Assembly (NCBI GenBank): GCA_965221955.1
Contig: CBDCTA010000015.1
Coordinates: 1-22,844 of the forward strand
DNA length: 22,844 nt
Direction: 5' to 3'
Origin: Gammaproteobacteria bacterium
Lineage (GTDB): Bacteria; Pseudomonadota; Gammaproteobacteria; UBA4575
Shown here: positions 16,332-22,844 of the stretch, one piece after another
How the letters are laid out: each line of letters opens with the position of its first letter
Position numbering within the stretch: position 1 is the stretch's first letter
The notes under the pieces: generated by a model
Told to the model about the DNA's origin: nothing
Databases searched by the model: none
The model's input: the letters and a program-made list of their open reading frames with translations, nothing else
Position numbers and translations under genes: made by a program

Positions 16332-16643
16332 ATGTCATTAGATAATATTGAAAGTATATGTGCGATTCTGAATGAAGTTGCTGAGAAAGGTAATTTCTAT
16401 AAAAATACACCAGAAAAACTTAATGAAAGTGCTACCGGATTTGTTACACATGTATGTGAATCGAAAGGTATAACTGTGCATAGTATTTCTCCCATGCGTT
16501 GGAGTTTTGAATCTTCCGAACATGGGATGTTTGAGAAAGGAGTGATTGAGTTGCGTAATGCAGGTGAAGAAGATACTCAATTTAAAGTTGTAGATCTTTC
16601 AGATGTTAAATTGACAGATGACGAAAATGTGATGGAAGATTAA
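16332..16643 (+). CDS. Hypothetical protein, paralogue of the N-terminal domain of 1812..2471
   Basis: 103-aa ORF with AAGGG upstream. Aligns in register with the 219-aa protein. Confidence 0.82.
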   Translation: MSLDNIESICAILNEVAEKGNFYKNTPEKLNESATGFVTHVCESKGITVHSISPMRWSFESSEHGMFEKGVIELRNAGEEDTQFKVVDLSDVKLTDDENVMED

Positions 16644-16732
16644 TTTTTTGTCTATATTATTTGCTCATGATTTATGTTGGATTGCATAAATATGACACGT
16701 GACTTTTAGTGTAATATTTACTGAGCAACCTC

Positions 16733-16772
16733 AAAATACTATCAAAATATCTAAAATACTATCAAAATATCT
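16733..16772. repeat. Exact 20-bp tandem duplication (AAAATACTATCAAAATATCT x2)
   Basis: 16733-16752 is identical to 16753-16772. Confidence 0.95.
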
Positions 16773-16907
16773 ATTAGAATCAAATTTTCTTTGATGGCAG
16801 AATATGAGTAGACACATATCTTAACGCTTACATGTTCAACTAGCAGTGGTGTTAAACTGCATCTAATTTACTGGCTAATATCTACTCTTATCTAAGTTTT
16901 TTCTTGT

Positions 16908-18278
16908 ATGAAAAATTTAAATGCTTTGTTTATAATTCTTGCAATTTTATGGGTTTGTGCATCAAATGCTAAAAGTGAGACTGTAACTGATGCTGTGCAA
17001 CAAAATGAAGTAACCCTGACAGAACAAGAAAATATTTCTGTTGGCAAGGAAAAAGTAAGTGATTCGGAAATCGAGAAAAGACTAAATGAGCTGTATAAAA
17101 GTATAGATTCATTGAGGGAAATATCAGCGTCAGTAGATGCTGGTGTAGTAACCTTGTCTGGCACTACATTTACAAATGAAGCGCATGAAAAAGCACTTAA
17201 ACTAGCCGATCGCACAGAAGGTGTAGTTGGTATTAATAATAATATTGTTCAAGAAAATAATATTTCCAAAAGACTTGTAGATATCAAAAGTAAACTAAGT
17301 GAGACGTTATCAAATATTTATCAAAACTTGCCAATTTATCTATTAGCTCTTGTAGTATTAGTATTATTTTGGTTGTTATCCCTGTTTTTATCTCGTTGGA
17401 ATTCTCTATTTAACAAAATAACGACTAATTCTTTTTTACAAAATCTATTAAAACAAGCATTTCGAGGCCTATTTATAATTATCGGTTTTGTGTTTGCTCT
17501 AGAAATACTGGATGCGACCGCATTGCTAGGTACGATTCTAGGTGCTGCAGGAATACTTGGGCTAGCTATAGGTTTTGCGATACGTGATACGGTAGAAAAC
17601 TATATTGCAAGTATTCTATTAAGTATTCGCCAGCCATTTCAGCCAAATGACCACATACTGCTTGAAGGCCATGAGGGAAAGGTAATACGCCTCACATCAA
17701 GAGACACGATAATATTAACCTTAGATGGAAACCATGCCCGTATACCTAATGCAACAGTTTACAAGGGTAACATATTAAATTATTCAAGAAACCCAGTACG
17801 GCGTTTCACTTTTGAAGTGGGGATTGATACAGAAGTTACAATATCTTCAGCACAGAATGTTGCAATTGAGACATTAATGAATACACCAGGTGTGTTATCG
17901 GAACCGCCTCCACAATGCCCTGTTCATTTACTTGGTGATTCAAATGTTATTTTAAAAGTAATAGGCTGGACAGATCAAAATCACTATGACTTTAATAAAG
18001 TTAAGAGTGAGGCAATAAAAGCAATCAAACGTGCTTATGATGATGCTAATTTTGAGATGCCTGAGCCTATATATCGTCTCAAGTTTCAAGATTCTGGTAT
18101 GGAGATTAAGCAAATAGATGATGACTTAAAACCAAAAGCAAGCGTTAATCCTCCTAAATCTACCGCAACTGATTCAGAAATGATTGATGTATCAAAAGAC
18201 ACTTATATAGATGATCAAATTGAAAAAGAAAATATTACGGAAAACGAAGAAAATCTATTAAATAAGGAAGGCAAGTAG
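16908..18278 (+). CDS. MscS-family mechanosensitive channel with N-terminal periplasmic BON domain
   Basis: Signal peptide, BON-like SDSEIEKRL...SVDAGVVTLSG...EGVVGINNNI, then GAAGILGLAIGFAIRDTVENYIAS, QPFQPND and RIPNA. Confidence 0.92.
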   Translation: MKNLNALFIILAILWVCASNAKSETVTDAVQQNEVTLTEQENISVGKEKVSDSEIEKRLNELYKSIDSLREISASVDAGVVTLSGTTFTNEAHEKALKLADRTEGVVGINNNIVQENNISKRLVDIKSKLSETLSNIYQNLPIYLLALVVLVLFWLLSLFLSRWNSLFNKITTNSFLQNLLKQAFRGLFIIIGFVFALEILDATALLGTILGAAGILGLAIGFAIRDTVENYIASILLSIRQPFQPNDHILLEGHEGKVIRLTSRDTIILTLDGNHARIPNATVYKGNILNYSRNPVRRFTFEVGIDTEVTISSAQNVAIETLMNTPGVLSEPPPQCPVHLLGDSNVILKVIGWTDQNHYDFNKVKSEAIKAIKRAYDDANFEMPEPIYRLKFQDSGMEIKQIDDDLKPKASVNPPKSTATDSEMIDVSKDTYIDDQIEKENITENEENLLNKEGK

Positions 18279-18282
18279 CCTA

Positions 18283-18792
18283 TTATTTTGATTGCTCAAC
18301 ACAATTTGCTAATTTCTCACTTTTATTCTGGCTGGGCCATCTCGCAATAGGTACCGCAGAAACAGAATTTTTTGGTGAACCTTCTATAACTCGTTCACTA
18401 TAAACGAGATAAACAATTGCATTATTGGTGCTATCACAAAATCTCACGACTTTTAGTTTTTTAAATATCAAAGAACGTCTTTCTTTAAAAGTCGACTCTC
18501 CATCTTTTAGCTTTTTTGTGATCACTATAGGTCCAACCTGTTTACAATCAAGAGATGCATCCGATGTATCTTCAGCAACCCCTACAGCTCCCTTTAATCC
18601 ACCAGTTTGTGCACGACTTAAATAACAAACCACTCCATTAATCTTAGGATCCTCAAATACTTCTACTCTCACAGAGTCATCTGGTGTAAGCAGATTGAAT
18701 TTTGTATCTACACTGCCAATCTCTTTAGCAAAAATATTACTAGAAGAATGAATCAATAAGACACATAGAAAATAAATGACATGTTTGAGCAT
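18283..18792 (-). CDS. creA: CreA-family protein
   Basis: Start moved to ATG at 18792, which gives the signal peptide MLKHVIYFL... Motifs EIGSVDT, FEDPKINGVVCYLSRA.TGG, EDTSDASLDCKQVGP, SLIFKKLKVVRF and YLVYS..IEGSPKNSVS. Confidence 0.9.
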   Translation of the reverse strand: MLKHVIYFLCVLLIHSSSNIFAKEIGSVDTKFNLLTPDDSVRVEVFEDPKINGVVCYLSRAQTGGLKGAVGVAEDTSDASLDCKQVGPIVITKKLKDGESTFKERRSLIFKKLKVVRFCDSTNNAIVYLVYSERVIEGSPKNSVSAVPIARWPSQNKSEKLANCVEQSK

Positions 18793-18897
18793 ATGAGTTT
18801 CTTCGCGATAGCTAGGTTGTGGTTTCAAATTTTATTCAAGTTTAAATGAATTTCGATAAAAAAAGATATTTGTTTAAATCAAACTGTTATTATTAAT

Positions 18898-18912
18898 TTG
18901 TAAAAATTACAA
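18898..18912. promoter_or_regulatory. Palindromic box TTGTAA-AAA-TTACAA (perfect copy)
   Basis: Read directly. Lies between divergent creA and DUF1328. A degenerate second copy (TTGCAG-TAT-ATACAG, 18919-18933) follows at a 21-bp offset. Confidence 0.8.
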
Positions 18913-19028
18913 GAAAATTTGCAGTATATACAGTGAATATCTTTGGTTAAGCAGGTGATGTTGATTATAGTGATTGGGAAATCATTATATGGCTATGAGA
19001 ATAGCTGATAACAAATAGGAGAGTTTTT

Positions 19029-19193
19029 ATGTTTAACTGGGCAATTGTATTTTTAGTCGTAGCAATTATTGCAGCTGTTTTGGGTTTTTCAGGGATAGCT
19101 GGTGCTGCAACAAATATCGCTTGGATATTATTTGTTGTTGGTCTCGTTCTTGCTCTGGTTTTCTATATTACAGGTAGAAAACCAACAGTCTGA
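19029..19193 (+). CDS. DUF1328 (YtjA/UPF0391) small membrane protein (54 aa)
   Basis: Manual translation [64 protein letters not shown]. Not in the ORF track. Confidence 0.93.
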   Translation: MFNWAIVFLVVAIIAAVLGFSGIAGAATNIAWILFVVGLVLALVFYITGRKPTV

Positions 19194-19237
19194 GTGGATC
19201 TGAAAGTTTGTGTGTCACAACTTCCCACACAAAACCT

Positions 19238-19270
19238 AATAAGCACAGGCAGTCATGTCTGTGCTTATTT
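19238..19270 (+). terminator. Stem-loop / probable terminator after DUF1328
   Basis: AATAAGCACAGGCA-GTCA-TGTCTGTGCTTATT(T), a 14-bp stem with one G-U pair. A weaker hairpin (GTTTGTGTG...CACACAAAAC) precedes it. Confidence 0.7.
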
Positions 19271-19432
19271 GTCTGCATTCTTAATAACATCTTCACTTAT
19301 AGTTAAATAATTTCAGTTAAAAGAAATACTCCGCATTAAAAGTCTTTGTAAGATTATCTTTGATAATTTCAGCTTTGTTAGCATAATTGCTAATGTAGCG
19401 AATAAGTCTTTATAGAGGGAGCAAAAATAGCT

Positions 19433-20014
19433 ATGAGCAACTTTATTGTTAAAGTATTCCTGAAAGGATTTTCTGTAGTCTTTCCAGTCATAATCACAGT
19501 ATATGTTTTATATATTCTAGTCAATTTTGTAGAAACATTAGCACAGAAAATTTTGTCTTCATTATCACTTAATCTATATTTCCCGGGTCTAGGTGCTTTA
19601 CTAGCATTTTCTAGCATATTTGTGATTGGCCTACTGATGTATCCATGGCTGACACGCACAATTTTAAGCAGTGTCGAGAATGGTCTGCGTAAAATTCCAA
19701 TTTTCAAATCAGTTTATTCGCCGATAAAAGATATGATGTCAATTATGTCAGGTGACATCGGAGAGAAATTGGGTAAACCTGTTTTTGTAAAAATACCTAA
19801 CTCAGAATTTGAAGCATTGGGGTTCGTTACTCAAGATGAAAGTAATAATCCTTATACTGATGTTAAGGATACTATCTTAGTCTATATCCAGATGAGTTAT
19901 CAGATTGGTGGCTTTACTTTTTTAGTGCCAAAAGATCAAGTGAGAGAAACTACGATGTCAGTAGAAGAGGGTATACGTTGGTCATTAACTGCAGGATTGT
20001 CTAAGTCCGAGTAA
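19433..20014 (+). CDS. DUF502-family membrane protein
   Basis: FLKGFSVVFPVIITVY, FPGLG, KIPIFKSVYSPIKD, LGFVT, VYIQMSYQIGGFT and MSVEEGIRWSLTAG. Confidence 0.88.
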   Translation: MSNFIVKVFLKGFSVVFPVIITVYVLYILVNFVETLAQKILSSLSLNLYFPGLGALLAFSSIFVIGLLMYPWLTRTILSSVENGLRKIPIFKSVYSPIKDMMSIMSGDIGEKLGKPVFVKIPNSEFEALGFVTQDESNNPYTDVKDTILVYIQMSYQIGGFTFLVPKDQVRETTMSVEEGIRWSLTAGLSKSE

Positions 20015-20019
20015 TAAAT

Positions 20020-20388
20020 ATGTCGAGTGAATCTAAAACAAAGCTTGCTGAAGACCGAACCGATTGGGCAGAAGATCGTACAGTTATGGCCAATGAGCGA
20101 ACATTTGCTGGTTGGATGCGAACGGGCTTATCTTCAGTTGCAATTGGTCTTGGTTTTCAAGCTTTATTTCGCCACTACGATCCTACGTGGGTGGCTAAGA
20201 TAGGCGCCAGTGTTTTTATCTTGATAGGCCTAATCATATTTTATAATGCATACCGCTCTGCATCTATCGTGTTATCCAGAATGAAAGCACATGATAGTGA
20301 GCCACAGTCGAAACAAAGAGTTGGCTTACTTGCGTTATTATTCAGTATTGGTACATTGTTTGTAGGTACGATTCTTTGGTTAATTTAG
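20020..20388 (+). CDS. DUF202 (YidH-like) membrane protein
   Basis: LAEDRTDWAEDRTVMANERTFAGWMRTGL followed by three TM segments. Confidence 0.9.
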   Translation: MSSESKTKLAEDRTDWAEDRTVMANERTFAGWMRTGLSSVAIGLGFQALFRHYDPTWVAKIGASVFILIGLIIFYNAYRSASIVLSRMKAHDSEPQSKQRVGLLALLFSIGTLFVGTILWLI

Positions 20389-20417
20389 TTATTTTATAAT
20401 TTATATGGTAGATTATT

Positions 20418-20720
20418 TTGTTAGTTACTTTCTCATGCAAAGCATATGCAAATATTACTATGTTCGGTGATATTGCAAAAAAATTTATTAAATATATGGG
20501 GTATAGCGGAACAATACCGAGTGCAATTAAAGCTGAAGATGTGCCTGAAGCATTGCGCAAGCTTCGTGAACGGCTTGCCATCGAAGAAAAAGAAAATGAA
20601 AATCCTAATGACCAAGAAGCCGAGGAATACGTAAGCACAAATAAGCGTGCACTACCATTGCTAGAATTACTCGAAGCGGCAGCTGAACAAAAAGTGAATG
20701 TAATGTGGGAGAGTGACTAG
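20418..20720 (+). CDS. DUF1840-family protein
   Basis: TTG start. MLVTFSCKAYANITMFGDIA...GTIPSAIKAEDVPEAL...KRALPLLELLEAA...VMW. Confidence 0.85.
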   Translation: MLVTFSCKAYANITMFGDIAKKFIKYMGYSGTIPSAIKAEDVPEALRKLRERLAIEEKENENPNDQEAEEYVSTNKRALPLLELLEAAAEQKVNVMWESD

Positions 20721-20723
20721 AAG

Positions 20724-22844
20724 CTACTTCTCTTCATTGTTTTCTAATGCGCGTTCCTCTAATTGATCTGGTATCTCAGCTTCTTCTTCAAAAATATTAT
20801 TACAGGCCGTACCTGCATTTGTTACACGCTTAAATAGGCTGTCAACCAATAAAGATAGCCCACCAGTTGATATCGCAGCACCGATCGCAGCACCACTTTT
20901 TAATAAGCCCGCTGGATCTGCTTCGGGTTGCGGATTACTTAATGTGCCACCAAGGCGAACAAATTTAACCAGATTGCTAACATTGATTCCAAGTCCTTTT
21001 TTTTGCGATTGGACTAAAACCTATTTCTAGATTTTCGTTCTTTAGATTGACTATGCCACCGGCGATAATCTTCATTTTTGCAGTTTCGATTGCGATTTGA
21101 TTTTTACTAACTAATTCACCATCTTCAGCAGTGAAACGAACAGCAGCACAGTCTAAATCAGTATAAGGATCTTTTTTGATAAATGGATTAATCATACTCA
21201 AAGTTGCAAGAAAAATATCTGAACCAATGCGCTCAAAAAGATCATTGCGCACCTTTGCTTCCTGAATTTCCAGCACTAACTCGCCGTTTAAAGATGAAGC
21301 AAGTTCATGTGCGGAGTTGCCATTTAAAACAGCATTGACTTCAATATCGGTATTGCCGCCATCGATAATTCCTTTATCAGGCTCACCTAAATCAGCTGGT
21401 GTAATATTTAAACCAACAAAATCAGTTTTAATTTTTGTATCATTTTTAATTTTTTTAATTTCTAATCGGCCCTTGATACCACCATTAGTCAGATCACCAT
21501 CAAATGGATCTACAGTGAGTTTACTGTTCTCTAGTTTTACTTCTGCATAAACACGTTTAAAGCGAGTTCTATCATTTAATACAAACTTATTTAGCTCTAA
21601 GTTTAGATCCACATTAAATTTATCAAGCCAACTCCAATTAATTGGATTTTTATTAAAGACAAGTTCGTCACTTTTTATATCTTTTGCATCTTCATCTATA
21701 GTTTGACCAAACAGACCAAAATTATTCAAATCAAGTTGATTGGATTTCAATGTGCCATTGATTGATATTTTTTCGCCGGACCAATCAATCAAGCCATTGC
21801 CATCCAAATTATCATCATTTATTTCGAGCTTTATAGGCATAAGTTTAACTTTGTTTTTCGAGATATCTGCGATAGCATCGAAGCTCAGTGGTGCAAAGGG
21901 ATTCATGTCGTAACCAAGAAAAGCAGTCAATGATTTCAACTTATTTGCACTACCTTTGATATTTAAAGTGCCAACTTTATCTTCAACTAATGACATTCTG
22001 CCATTAACTGAAATATTCATATCTTCATCAGAGAGAGCTAAATCAACATCGACAAGATTGTTTTCAGAATTAGGTTGTGGAACTTTTACATTACCTGAAA
22101 TATTGATCGGTAAAGTGTTCGATTTATCTGCATTATTATCTGGTAATATTTGATAGGCACTCTTCAATTGATGTATTTGTATGGCACCATTTTCAGCGTC
22201 TATATCGATATTTACATCTTTAAAATGATGGTCTTTAATAATGAGATGTTCTACAGTAGCTTCTATATCGGCTATTAATTTTAAAAGTACATCACTACTA
22301 TTTGAATCTTGATAATTATCTCTTGTAATTTGCTTATTATTTTCTACAGACGAAGAATTATCGATTACGTATTCAAGAAAAGGTGTTAAATCAATTCTTT
22401 TCCCATTTAAATCAGCGGTTATAGAGTTATTTTTTTCTTGGTAGCGAATGCTGCCTTGTAATGCATTTTGATCAGCCTCAATATTGAAATTTTCAGCTTG
22501 ATATAAATTATCGTTAACATTTAATTCAAATGAAACATCAAGTGGTGTGACTTTTGGCAGTTTAATTGAAAGTAGATTCTTTAATTTATCGAGATTTTCT
22601 GATTTCGCTTGAATCTTTAGATTTGCAGATTCAAAGTTTTTGATATCTAATGCGCCATTCGCTTTTGCAGTAATTCCAAAAGCATCTATATTTAAATCAA
22701 TCGGCCTATTATTTCCATTATTGTTCTTTAGATCTAGGCTGCCTGAAATTGCAATCTTTTCTTGGTTTGCATATCCGCTAACCTTGAAAGTTGATATATT
22801 TTCTGGCGTGGTTTCTACACTTATATTTAGATCAACAGGAGCTA
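20724..22844 (-). CDS. AsmA-family protein, 3' part (5' end outside the window), with a +1 frameshift near the 3' end
   Basis: The frame is open from the window edge through 22167 (checked manually). It is beta-strand rich with an AsmA-like C-terminus (LASSLNG, DCAAVRF..EDG, GIVNLKNENL). Removing one base from the T8 run at 20997-21004 continues it as AKKGLGINVSNLVKFVRLGGTLSNPQPEADP...TGGLSLL...to TAG at 20724. Confidence 0.85.

Noticed and set aside
3457-18912. The repeated palindrome as a CRISPR repeat, REP element or IS end
   Set aside because: Copies are single, kilobases apart, only 15 bp with a variable centre, and located upstream of genes. There are no spacers, cas genes or transposase.
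18943-19005. Possible sigma54 promoters for DUF1328 (TTGGTTAAGCAGGTGA; TGGCTATGAGAATAGC)
   Set aside because: The first has GA instead of GC at -12 and the second has GG-N11-GC. Neither meets the strict GG-N10-GC rule.
19346-19360. TTGTAAGATTATCTT upstream of DUF502 (also TTGTAA half-sites near 2504 and 5606) as further boxes
   Set aside because: Only one half-site matches, and TTGTAA alone is common in AT-rich DNA.

Overview
AT-rich bacterial DNA, probably proteobacterial, carrying a compact general/osmotic/oxidative stress gene cluster. It encodes Fe-superoxide dismutase, a dihydrolipoamide dehydrogenase-like flavoprotein (1-bp frameshift), two MscS channels, a CPA1 cation/H+ antiporter, CsbD, an entericidin lipoprotein, DUF1328, MgtC/SapB, an SSADH-type aldehyde dehydrogenase, CreA, DUF502, DUF202, DUF1840, a secreted EF-hand protein, a TusE/DsrC homologue lacking the C-terminal Cys, a decayed flavodoxin-family gene and the 3' part of an AsmA-family gene. 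Signalling genes are a soluble histidine kinase, a single-domain receiver, a sigma54 (NtrC-type) activator, MarR and an unusual XRE protein. The strongest unannotated signal is a 15-bp palindrome, TTGTAA-N3-TTACAA. I found six perfect and two one-mismatch copies, all intergenic, and two of them sit just upstream of good sigma54 -24/-12 promoters. This suggests a self-contained stress regulon. A second signal is an unnamed ~95-aa domain present both alone (16332..16643) and fused to a coiled-coil stress-protein domain (1812..2471). I saw no RNA genes, CRISPR arrays or mobile elements. Family names come from motif recognition by eye, not from database searches.
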